17,998 bases of DNA from an uncultured archaeon. GTDB lineage: Archaea > Asgardarchaeota > Thorarchaeia > Thorarchaeales > Thorarchaeaceae. The stretch is taken from NCBI GenBank assembly GCA_964354495.1, contig CAYHAA010000027.1, forward strand, positions 1 through 17,998, written 5' to 3'. This document shows, piece by piece, positions 1-7,254 of the stretch; position 1 is the first letter of the stretch, and each line of letters begins with the position of its first letter. Under the pieces are notes generated by a model. The model was not told the origin of the DNA. It did no database searches and was given only the letters and a program-made list of their open reading frames with translations. The translations under genes were made by a program, and so were the position numbers.

Positions 1-384
1 ATGGCCAACCTTTGCGAGTGTCGTAGTCTTTCCTGTACCATTGACACCGACAAAGAGAATCGTAGTTATCTCTCCCTTCGCCCTCTTCTCAGTCACAAAT
101 TCCAAGATGTCCAGTGGATATTTTGGTGTAAGAACCTCCAACACGGACTCGAAGATCGCGGTTCTGAACAGATTGCTCAGGTTCTCAAGCCTTCCAGTTC
201 GTGAACCAAGCAGCTTCTCCTTGGTGAGGTCACAGATATGTTCGGCTGCCTCAACAGCAACATCATTCTGTATCAGTACCATCTGCAGCTCCCAGACTGC
301 ATCCTTAAGGTTCTTCTCGCTCAGTTCCTTCGTTGTAGCCTTTGTCACTGCTTTGTCTAGAGACCCTCTGAGTCTATCGAACAC
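1..384 (-). CDS. ftsY: SRP receptor FtsY, N-terminal part (continues off the left edge)
   Basis: Not in the ORF track. Manual translation from GTG at 384 gives MFDRLRGSLDKAV...TILFVGVNGTGKTTTLAKVGH (SRP-GTPase G1 motif). GGAGGAG SD lies upstream. It follows pfdA, as in the conserved archaeal cluster. Confidence 0.95.
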   Translation of the reverse strand, partial: MFDRLRGSLDKAVTKATTKELSEKNLKDAVWELQMVLIQNDVAVEAAEHICDLTKEKLLGSRTGRLENLSNLFRTAIFESVLEVLTPKYPLDILEFVTEKRAKGEITTILFVGVNGTGKTTTLAKVGH

Positions 385-397
385 GCAGGTGCTCCTC

Positions 398-838
398 CTA
401 CTTCCGTGAGGTGCTCTCTTGGACCTTTTCAGCAAGCTGTTGGAACTTTGAGTTCAAGACCGAGGCTCGGGAAATGAGCTTCTGATAGTCCTCAGTCATG
501 GATTGGTATTGCTTCTCAAGACCTTCAACGGAGATTAGCACTGCTTTCTTCGCTTCTTCCAGACTCTGTTCAAGTCTGATACCGCTTCCTATACCACGGG
601 TCACTTTCGAGGGATTGACAAGTTTCGCCTCTACATAGATGTTGCCGCCAACATTCATCAACATCGCCTCTCCCTTCTTCTTCTTTTCAATCTCCTGAAG
701 GACCATGAGCCCGGATTGGTAGTTTGCTAGGTATGCCTGAATGATCTCAATACGCTGCTGCAGCAGGGAGATATTGGACTCTGTGATTTGCTGCTCAGTG
801 TATATTCTCTGGAGTAGCTGTTGCTGCTCTTCGCTCAT
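398..838 (-). CDS. pfdA: Prefoldin alpha subunit
   Basis: Coiled coil / beta hairpin (MLMNVGGNIYVEAKL...GIGSGIRLEQSLEEA) / coiled coil. Sits between rpl18a and ftsY. Confidence 0.93.
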   Translation of the reverse strand: MSEEQQQLLQRIYTEQQITESNISLLQQRIEIIQAYLANYQSGLMVLQEIEKKKKGEAMLMNVGGNIYVEAKLVNPSKVTRGIGSGIRLEQSLEEAKKAVLISVEGLEKQYQSMTEDYQKLISRASVLNSKFQQLAEKVQESTSRK

Positions 839-1080
839 GAGAAGTCGGCCTCCAGGCCGAGGATCTTCCGAAGGTCAAGATTCGTCACTTCTTCCAGTTT
901 GAGCTCCTTGACTTCACTGATAGCAATCTTCTTCCTAGTCACCCTATGACGGCTACCCAGCTCTGAGAAGACTTTCTCTCGAGCGTGTGCCTCTTTGTCA
1001 GCCAGTAGTTCCCTGGTGAACTTGAACTTCTGTCTATTCTTGAAATACTCACCTGATGCTCGCCAGACTTTCGGACTCAT
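835..1080 (-). CDS. rpl18a: 50S ribosomal protein L18a/LX (eL20)
   Basis: KVWRASGEY...KFTREL...AREKVFSELGSRHRVTRKKIAISEV motif and conserved synteny. Confidence 0.92.
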   Translation of the reverse strand: MSPKVWRASGEYFKNRQKFKFTRELLADKEAHAREKVFSELGSRHRVTRKKIAISEVKELKLEEVTNLDLRKILGLEADFS

Positions 1081-1097
1081 ATTCTGTCACACCTCAT

Positions 1098-1763
1098 CTA
1101 AACGAATCCCAGGACCTGACTGATATGGGCCAGTTCCACACCCGTTGTCTCAGATCCTGCAATCATTCCATTGACATTGGCTAGCACACCCAGACTTGTA
1201 TAGGGGCTGCCTCTGTTCACTGTTCCAACCTCTATGTGCACTTTTAACAGCTGTGATAGTTCGTCAATCTCCTCATCTGTTGCCAAGGGATGAACCACCG
1301 CACCCTGATTTGTGATGACCGAGTTTGCTCCTACGATGGGTAGCTTTGCTATTGTGCCCGGAACCACTTCAACGCCAAGAACATCAGAGATCTTCTGGAT
1401 TGATTTTGTACTGAAGTCTGGATGGCAAATCGCTCCATGATCGTTCACAGCAATGATATTTCCAAGGGCTGTCATCCTGTCATCGATCCAGTCCACATTT
1501 ACCTCTGAGTGCTTCTTCAGCCTCTTCAGTTCCTCGTCGGTCGTAGTGTAGGGGACCAGAATACCATTGGAAGTGGCTGCTGATAGAAGGCCAACTGCAT
1601 CGAGAGTTGCGACTGTCGACTGAATCAGAGGAAGGTTGAACACTCTCTCCAAATCGCCCAGGCTCTTCTCCGACATGTTCGGACTAACAAATACAAAACG
1701 GTCTGTGGCGATTCCATAAGCTCCAACATTAGAATCGCCCTCGAAGTTCGTTCGGGCGATCAT
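1098..1763 (-). CDS. eif6: Translation initiation factor 6 (aIF6/eIF6)
   Basis: FEGDSNVGAY, GNIIAVNDHGA, GTVNRGSPY and TTGVEL pentein-repeat motifs; 221 aa. Confidence 0.97.
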   Translation of the reverse strand: MIARTNFEGDSNVGAYGIATDRFVFVSPNMSEKSLGDLERVFNLPLIQSTVATLDAVGLLSAATSNGILVPYTTTDEELKRLKKHSEVNVDWIDDRMTALGNIIAVNDHGAICHPDFSTKSIQKISDVLGVEVVPGTIAKLPIVGANSVITNQGAVVHPLATDEEIDELSQLLKVHIEVGTVNRGSPYTSLGVLANVNGMIAGSETTGVELAHISQVLGFV

Positions 1764-1769
1764 CCTGGA

Positions 1770-2207
1770 CTATCCCTCCGCAAGATAGACTCGCACAAGA
1801 TTGTCCGCATTCTTTGTTGCACGAATTCTGAGCCTGCGTGGTGGTTTCTGAATGCCTCTAGCCCATATTTTGTCATTCACTTCGGGCTGAATGAGCAATC
1901 CCTCAGGCTTCATGTGTCTCTCAATGAATTCTTTGAGAATTCTTACAGTCCTGTTGGCACGATGTATCCTACTGCCGGTCCAGTACGCCATGCGCAGAGG
2001 AACTGTGTAGATACGCTCATCAATGATCTCTTCTTCTTCAGGCGCAGCCTCTTCGGCAGCTTTCTCTTCGGTCTTCGGAGCCTCTTCACCGGTGGGCGTT
2101 TCCTCTAGTTTCTCGGTCTCTTCAACCTCTTCCAATTCTGGTTTTTCTTCAGAAACTTCCTCTTCTTTAGAGACCTCGGCTTTTGCTACTCTCTTCTTCT
2201 TTGACAT
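1770..2207 (-). CDS. rpl31e: 50S ribosomal protein L31e with acidic N-terminal extension
   Basis: ERIYTVPL...RANRTVRILKEFIERHMK...VNDKIWARGIQKPPRRLRIR. Confidence 0.96.
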   Translation of the reverse strand: MSKKKRVAKAEVSKEEEVSEEKPELEEVEETEKLEETPTGEEAPKTEEKAAEEAAPEEEEIIDERIYTVPLRMAYWTGSRIHRANRTVRILKEFIERHMKPEGLLIQPEVNDKIWARGIQKPPRRLRIRATKNADNLVRVYLAEG

Positions 2208-2221
2208 CTAGACCCACCTGA

Positions 2222-2377
2222 CTACGGCTTCAGCTTTGACTGACGCCAGTTTCGCTGCCCTGGTGTCCTTCTGACTCTACCACCGGTCTTCATGACGACC
2301 CATGAGGGTACCGATGAGTTACTCCGCATTGCTTTTGCCATTCTGAGTTTCTTTGCCAGTGGCTTGTATCGTGCCAT
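2222..2377 (-). CDS. rpl39e: 50S ribosomal protein L39e
   Basis: Not in the ORF track. Manual translation gives [51 protein letters not shown] (51 aa), directly upstream of rpl31e. Confidence 0.96.
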   Translation of the reverse strand: MARYKPLAKKLRMAKAMRSNSSVPSWVVMKTGGRVRRTPGQRNWRQSKLKP

Positions 2378-2397
2378 GTTGTTCACCTGTGCAGCTA

Positions 2398-2730
2398 TTA
2401 CCTGAATGTTATCTTTCGTTCGCGCTCCTTTCCCTGCAACTGCTGCAAGAGCGCTTTCAACTGCTCGTCAGTTACCTGACCTTTGAGCCTACCAGTGCTA
2501 GCCAGCTGGATCAACTGCATCTCGATTTGTTCCGCGAACTGCGGTTTCACCATCTTGATGTTGGTCAATCGCTGTCGTGCTTCAGGCATCAGAATCTGTC
2601 TCAGCACAGCCTCCTTCTGAGCCTGTGCCTCAGCAGTAGCTTGTTCCTCTGCCTGTTCTCTGAGTGCCTGTTGCCTGAGGGAAGCCAACTTCCTCTGACG
2701 TATAGCCGCGAGCTCCTCATCATCACTCAT
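2398..2730 (-). CDS. PDCD5/TFAR19-family DNA-binding protein
   Basis: [10 protein letters not shown]...[34 protein letters not shown]...DEQLKALL. Canonical position after rps19e. Confidence 0.95.
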   Translation of the reverse strand: MSDDEELAAIRQRKLASLRQQALREQAEEQATAEAQAQKEAVLRQILMPEARQRLTNIKMVKPQFAEQIEMQLIQLASTGRLKGQVTDEQLKALLQQLQGKERERKITFR

Positions 2731-2748
2731 TGCGCCATGCCACCTGGC

Positions 2749-3201
2749 CTAGTACTTTTCAAGCTCTGGAATCGCCTTTGAGAGTTCCAACTTCAAGGCT
2801 CCTGACAGTCTGTCCATATAAGACCTACCGATGTCTGTTATCTCCCTGCCTTTGCTGCCGCGCTTCTTCACAAATCCTGCTCGCTCGAGCTGCTGAAGTG
2901 CAGTTCTGATGATTGAACCACCACCCCTTGCGAACTCGTTGGGTTTGTTGCCACGCCGGCTTCTCCCTCCATAGGCGATTCGTAGTTGTCCGGTTCCTAT
3001 CGGTCCCTTGAGATAGATCTTCCTCAGGATGCTAGCACATCTGACGTACCAGAAGTCCGCATTGTCCGGGGCTCTCTCTTTATGGATTCCAGTCTTCACA
3101 TACGGAACCCACTCTGGAGGAGTGACCTCATCTCTGGACTTCAGGTCCTGAGCGAGTCGCCGAATCAGGATATTGGCTGGGATATCATAGACTGTGGGCA
3201 T
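2749..3201 (-). CDS. rps19e: 30S ribosomal protein S19e
   Basis: MPTVYDIP...PPEW...VKTG...WYVRCASILRKIY...GGGSIIRTALQQLE. Confidence 0.98.
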   Translation of the reverse strand: MPTVYDIPANILIRRLAQDLKSRDEVTPPEWVPYVKTGIHKERAPDNADFWYVRCASILRKIYLKGPIGTGQLRIAYGGRSRRGNKPNEFARGGGSIIRTALQQLERAGFVKKRGSKGREITDIGRSYMDRLSGALKLELSKAIPELEKY

Positions 3202-3292
3202 TGTCAGTCACCAATCTTATTGAGTAAGGCCCCTAACACGCTTTCAGCTAGTGACCCACCTCAAAAGGCTAGAGTCACCGTCTAGGCTCCGC

Positions 3293-3299
3293 TTTTAAG
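3293..3299 (-). promoter_or_regulatory. Putative TATA box (CTTAAAA) for the rps19e operon
   Basis: TATA-like hexamer in the 130-bp intergenic gap upstream of rps19e. A GGTGA SD precedes the ATG. Confidence 0.45.
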
Positions 3300-3331
3300 A
3301 TTGTCGTTATGTTGGAGAGAAGGCTTATGAA

Positions 3332-3613
3332 TTAGGCTCTCTGTGAGGCACGGTACCTGAAGATGACGGCTGTGTTTCCGCGAATACCTGCAAGTCTGGC
3401 TCCTGTCTTCTCGCAAAGGCTTTCAATGAGTTCGCTCTTTGCGTCCTCCCCCAGCGCACTTCGGAGCATGCGTACCTTGATGTAATGGTGTTTCTTGAGA
3501 AGTCGTACAATCTCTTTCACAAGGCTATCCGAGACCCCTCCTTTTCCAATCTGCGCCATTGCAGGGTCCTGCCATGCTATCTTCACTTTTGTAGGGTCCG
3601 CCTCGGACATCAC
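3332..3613 (-). CDS. yhbY: YhbY/CRS1-family RNA-binding protein
   Basis: QIGKGGVSDSLVKEIVRLLKKHHYIKVR and C-terminal IRGNTAVIFR. Lies between rnp4 and rps19e. Confidence 0.9.
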   Translation of the reverse strand: MMSEADPTKVKIAWQDPAMAQIGKGGVSDSLVKEIVRLLKKHHYIKVRMLRSALGEDAKSELIESLCEKTGARLAGIRGNTAVIFRYRASQRA

Positions 3614-3651
3614 CGGTCACCGTGTCTTGCTTCGTGTTTTGTCTGATTAAT

Positions 3652-3987
3652 CTATGCCTGTGGCCTCGCTTGGGTTGAGTAGTATCTATTGATATTGCCA
3701 CACCGCGTGCATGTCACTACCACATGTCTTGACCTGCTATGCCTAATTCTGACTCTACATGTGTCCCCAGGAATCAGGATAGTCCCACACTCTTTGCAGA
3801 CTCTTCTGTTGATATCTCGTGGAAGTTTAGTCCGTGCACGTTGCGCAATCTTTCTGGCGCTCAACATCTGTCTCTTCGCAACTTCCGGGCGAGTCTTTGC
3901 CTCCTGTAGGGCATGTCTCCAGAGTATCTCTATCCTTGCCTGTGCAAGCTGATGCGTCTTCTCTTTTGTGAACCTTCTCTTTGACAA
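3652..3987 (-). CDS. rnp4: RNase P protein component 4 (Rpp21)
   Basis: LAQARIEIL...ARKIAQRARTKLP...RRVCKECGTILIPG...RIR...VVVTCTRCG zinc ribbon. Likely start is TTG at 3987 after a GAGGTGG SD; the ORF-track start at 4047 looks too far upstream. Confidence 0.93.
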   Translation of the reverse strand: MSKRRFTKEKTHQLAQARIEILWRHALQEAKTRPEVAKRQMLSARKIAQRARTKLPRDINRRVCKECGTILIPGDTCRVRIRHSRSRHVVVTCTRCGNINRYYSTQARPQA

Positions 3988-4064
3988 GGACCCACCTCTT
4001 GCGTTGTAGGCTATGTTCAAACTGCTTAAATTGTTCGTGTAACCCACTACAGTGTGGGTCTGCC

Positions 4065-4781
4065 ATGCTACATGTAATTCTATTGGACTGCGCCTTGGAA
4101 CTTGTGCCCTCAGAGATATCCTCGTTCAAGGAGGTCCAGATGCAGGCAGGGCGCAAGGGGAAGAAACCAAACGAAACACTCCTCGACCAGACGCATCATG
4201 GCAGAGCCATGACAAAGCTGAACCATGCGGACAGAAGGGGCCGCCCTGATATAATATTCCACTCTCTTGTGACACTGCTCGAAACCCCTCTCTGCAAAGA
4301 AGGCCTTCTCGGGGTGTATATGCATCTTCAGGACGGAAGAGTTATCGAAGTCAGTCCCGAGGTCCGTCTTCCTCGCAACTATGACAGGTTTGTAGGTCTC
4401 ATGGAACAGCTCCTGACAACTGGACGTGTGCCTGTTGAGGGTCAACCCCTAGTGCAAGTGTCTAAGATGAACCTCCCTGGTCTGCTCTCTAAGTTGAAGG
4501 AAGGACAACCAAATGCCATGACCATCCTAGCGACTGAGGGTGGCAAGAGGACTACAATACAGGGGCTCAGAGACCTCTTACTGGACGACAGTGCTGTCCC
4601 GGTAATCGTGGGTATTGGTGCATTTCCTCATGGCGACATCTCTGACGAGATGAAGCAATTGTTCGACATCCAACTGGAGCTTGACAAGGAGGTCATGATG
4701 GCCTGGCATGTGTGTGCAGAGGTCTTGTGGGTGTACTCTGAGCGAATCGAAGTGATCCGCAGACGATACTCCTCGGTCTGA
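4065..4781 (+). CDS. nep1: 16S rRNA pseudouridine N1-methyltransferase Nep1/Emg1 (SPOUT)
   Basis: RGRPDIIFHSLVTLLETPL, RLPRNYDRFVGLMEQLL and IGAFPHGD motifs. Likely ATG start at 4065 (MLHVILLDCALE). Confidence 0.95.
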   Translation: MLHVILLDCALELVPSEISSFKEVQMQAGRKGKKPNETLLDQTHHGRAMTKLNHADRRGRPDIIFHSLVTLLETPLCKEGLLGVYMHLQDGRVIEVSPEVRLPRNYDRFVGLMEQLLTTGRVPVEGQPLVQVSKMNLPGLLSKLKEGQPNAMTILATEGGKRTTIQGLRDLLLDDSAVPVIVGIGAFPHGDISDEMKQLFDIQLELDKEVMMAWHVCAEVLWVYSERIEVIRRRYSSV

Positions 4782-4784
4782 ACA

Positions 4785-5330
4785 TTAGTCGCTCTTAAGG
4801 ACAGACTCGTCCTGCTGGTCTTGACTCACCTCTCTTGGCACAGGCTGTCTATGGACTCTCCATAATATTGCGGATAAGATGATGACCACAATTGCATCAG
4901 AAGGAATGTGGAACACAAAGACAAAGATAAAGAACTGGAGCGGCGAAAGCACAATCAGGTTCGTCACAATTGGGTAGGATATCGCGTGTATAAAGAACAG
5001 GACAAGAACTGGTCTTCCAAATCGACGGAACCACCCTCCGCTCGCCGCATCTCTCGATTCGAATGTAGCGAACCAACTGTCGGCTCTCTTTGGATTATCT
5101 TGTTGGAACCATAACAGACCTCTGGAGTATCCGTATGCTAGGAAGACAGTCAAGAAGACCAGAAACATCAGAATGAACAAAAGGGGGTCGAAACCACTGG
5201 CCTGCAAAACCACTCCTCTCCTTGAGGTATGCCTAGAGACATCAGCTGTAATATGCGTTTCCTCTTCTTTCGGCGCCAGCATAGACACATTGGCTAGCAT
5301 TTCTGCAGCTGTCTGCGAAACAGGGAGCAT
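4785..5330 (-). CDS. Hypothetical membrane protein (about 3 TM helices)
   Basis: 181-aa ORF filling the gap, with three long hydrophobic segments. Confidence 0.7.
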   Translation of the reverse strand: MLPVSQTAAEMLANVSMLAPKEEETHITADVSRHTSRRGVVLQASGFDPLLFILMFLVFLTVFLAYGYSRGLLWFQQDNPKRADSWFATFESRDAASGGWFRRFGRPVLVLFFIHAISYPIVTNLIVLSPLQFFIFVFVFHIPSDAIVVIILSAILWRVHRQPVPREVSQDQQDESVLKSD

Positions 5331-5391
5331 TTCAATACGAATATCCGACTCTCAAAAGATTCATATCAAAGATGTATCATGAATTCTGGCC

Positions 5392-6846
5392 ATGGGGGAA
5401 TTTCTGCAACCGAATCATAGTTTCGTAAAGGATGAAATAAGAATACCAACTTTCTCTCGACGAGACCTGTACATGATCTTTGTAGGAGGTATAGTATCTG
5501 CATCGCTAGGGCTGCTTCTTGCAGCACCCGTGAGCCTGAGTCTTGACTTCGCTCTTCTCCTCTTCTCTGCGAATGCTGTTTCCATGGTCTTTGCTACCGG
5601 CCTGTTTTCCTTTCTCACAGCGGGCATTCTCTTCGGCAGTCGTGTATCACGTCTATACCTCTTGAGCAAAATCGATGAGGTTGGAATAAGGAGAGCGTTT
5701 CTGATTCGTGTTCTTCATGTCTTGGTAGTCACCAGCTTCTTCACGTCTCTCTTCGCCATCACCGTGTTCGTGTATCCCGTTGTCCTTCAGGCTCTCGTAT
5801 ATCACCCAATCAGCTTCAGCCATTTCGTCTTTCTCCCAGCCGTCCTCGGAGCCTCGTTGGTCGGGTCTGTCTTTCTGGCACTGATAGCCTCATCTCTGGC
5901 CACCTTTACAGATGACTCACGATTATGTGTAGTGCTTGGCTGTGCATCGACCCTTCTGATCGCGTTTCTTGCCGGTTGGTTCGCTGAACCGAGTCCTTCC
6001 TACTATTCACTCACTCGGAACCTAGCATTTCTGAGCCCCCACAACATTGTCAGGGCGTTGGCTATTCTTCTGAGCGGTTATCAGTTCGAGTCCGCCAACA
6101 GAATGGTGGAATATGTTGGATTTACATTTTCAGCAATGAGCCTTGCTCTTGCTCTCCTGGTACTTGGTTCCATCTCGCTTGTGCTGCTCGTTGCAGGGCA
6201 GATGACTTTGACTAGGAATTCCGTACGCTGGAAGGTCCTGAAGGGCATGATTCCAAGCCATGAGATATGGTCTGCTCCAGTCTCTACTGCACAAAGTCAG
6301 GAAACCGCTCGCGTCAGACGTCGCCTAAGGATTCAGAGAGGGCTGACAATAGTGGTCATTGGTACCCTTCTCGTTTCAATGAGCGCTGGCGTGTCGATGC
6401 ATACCACTTTTCTATCGAATAGTACGACTTTCATCCATTATGTCAGTTCGGGCGATGAAGAGAGGATTCCTGTAGAATCTTGGAACGTCTTTGATGTCGA
6501 TGTTCAACCACCATACCCCGGTCTCTTCAACAGCCTCTTCATGTATTGCGATGTCAAAAGCTGGGGGAATGCCTCAGACTCGTTGAGCTTCTATTTTGAT
6601 ATCCTTGCAATGAACTCTACCGAGTTCAATTCACTTGATGAAGAGAGTCGTTTTGCTCTGCTAGACTCAAATCTGTTAAACGTGACATGGAATGGTGAAT
6701 GGGGTGAATGGGGGTTTGGCTTTGGTCGCAATCTCGAGGAGTCCTACGGCTCGTATATCTGTGTCCTGTTCATCATAGCAGATGCGAACCCTCTGGAGAT
6801 CAGCTACATTGAAGCTAGTTTGCTCATCGTCCAACAGGGCATTTGA
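5392..6846 (+). CDS. Multi-pass membrane protein, possibly ABC-2-permease-like, with soluble C-terminal domain
   Basis: 484 aa with about 7-8 hydrophobic segments, then about 150 aa hydrophilic. The segment LLSKIDEVGIRRAFL loosely resembles an ABC-2 loop. No ATPase gene is adjacent, so the function call is weak. Confidence 0.7.
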   Translation: MGEFLQPNHSFVKDEIRIPTFSRRDLYMIFVGGIVSASLGLLLAAPVSLSLDFALLLFSANAVSMVFATGLFSFLTAGILFGSRVSRLYLLSKIDEVGIRRAFLIRVLHVLVVTSFFTSLFAITVFVYPVVLQALVYHPISFSHFVFLPAVLGASLVGSVFLALIASSLATFTDDSRLCVVLGCASTLLIAFLAGWFAEPSPSYYSLTRNLAFLSPHNIVRALAILLSGYQFESANRMVEYVGFTFSAMSLALALLVLGSISLVLLVAGQMTLTRNSVRWKVLKGMIPSHEIWSAPVSTAQSQETARVRRRLRIQRGLTIVVIGTLLVSMSAGVSMHTTFLSNSTTFIHYVSSGDEERIPVESWNVFDVDVQPPYPGLFNSLFMYCDVKSWGNASDSLSFYFDILAMNSTEFNSLDEESRFALLDSNLLNVTWNGEWGEWGFGFGRNLEESYGSYICVLFIIADANPLEISYIEASLLIVQQGI

Positions 6847-7016
6847 AGTGCAACCGACAACTCTGGCGCGCAGACAGACGCTCACGGTGAAGGGTCGGCC
6901 CTCTGTAGGATCGAACCCTTCCACTAACCTGCCGAAGTATTCCGGTGTGACAAGGCCCACATGCATGATGTGAGCCTTCCACTGACCTGTCATGAGGATT
7001 CAGTATTGCAATATGC

Positions 7017-7022
7017 TTAAAT
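7017..7022 (+). promoter_or_regulatory. Putative TATA box (TTAAAT) of tRNA-Gly
   Basis: Located 32-37 nt upstream of the mature tRNA 5' end. Confidence 0.5.
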
Positions 7023-7053
7023 CGCAACCACAGAAACTTGTTTTTCTGTGACT

Positions 7054-7128
7054 GCGACCGTTGTCTAGGGGTTATGATCCAGGCCTTCCAAGCCTGGGAC
7101 CCGGGTTCGAATCCCGGCGGTCGCACCA
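7054..7128 (+). tRNA. tRNA-Gly(TCC), intronless, CCA encoded
   Basis: Acceptor stem GCGACCG/CGGTCGC; anticodon stem CAGGC/GCCTG with loop CT-TCC-AA (anticodon 7087-7089); T arm CCGGG-TTCGAAT-CCCGG; discriminator A plus CCA. Confidence 0.97.
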
Positions 7129-7254
7129 TATCTCCTAGACCATATTGTGAGTGAACCACTACCTTCGACTTCTGTGTTCCGTCGCTCCCCTGACCGATGT
7201 CACCATCACGGCAATTCAAGCGAAATTGCAGTTTGACTGGGGCACAGTCCATCA

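Noticed and set aside
3251-3278. Hairpin (GTGAC...GTCAC) upstream of rps19e as a ribosomal-protein leader
   Set aside because: A single modest hairpin that straddles the likely TSS. No conservation evidence is available.
6676-6993. 105-aa minus-strand ORF with a possible leaderless start
   Set aside because: It overlaps the 484-aa gene antisense by about 170 nt, has no recognisable motif, and the internal repeat is out of frame.
6884-7020. Tandem glycine riboswitch, T-box, C/D sRNA or SECIS
   Set aside because: Only fragments match (GAAGG/CAGG; ATGATG..CTGA..ATGAGGA with no terminal D box). The order and spacing of the conserved elements are wrong.
7062-7143. 12/15 inverted match between the tRNA D-arm (TTGTCTAGGGGTTAT) and the 3' trailer/guide, suggesting TnpB targets the tRNA
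   Set aside because: The first 8 guide nucleotides (seed) do not match. Probably chance.
7177-7212. ZTP-riboswitch-like GGGGAGCGAC motif on the minus strand
   Set aside because: It lacks the GACUGGCG and 3' GCCG..CGCCUGGGC pseudoknot elements and lies in the IS right end.
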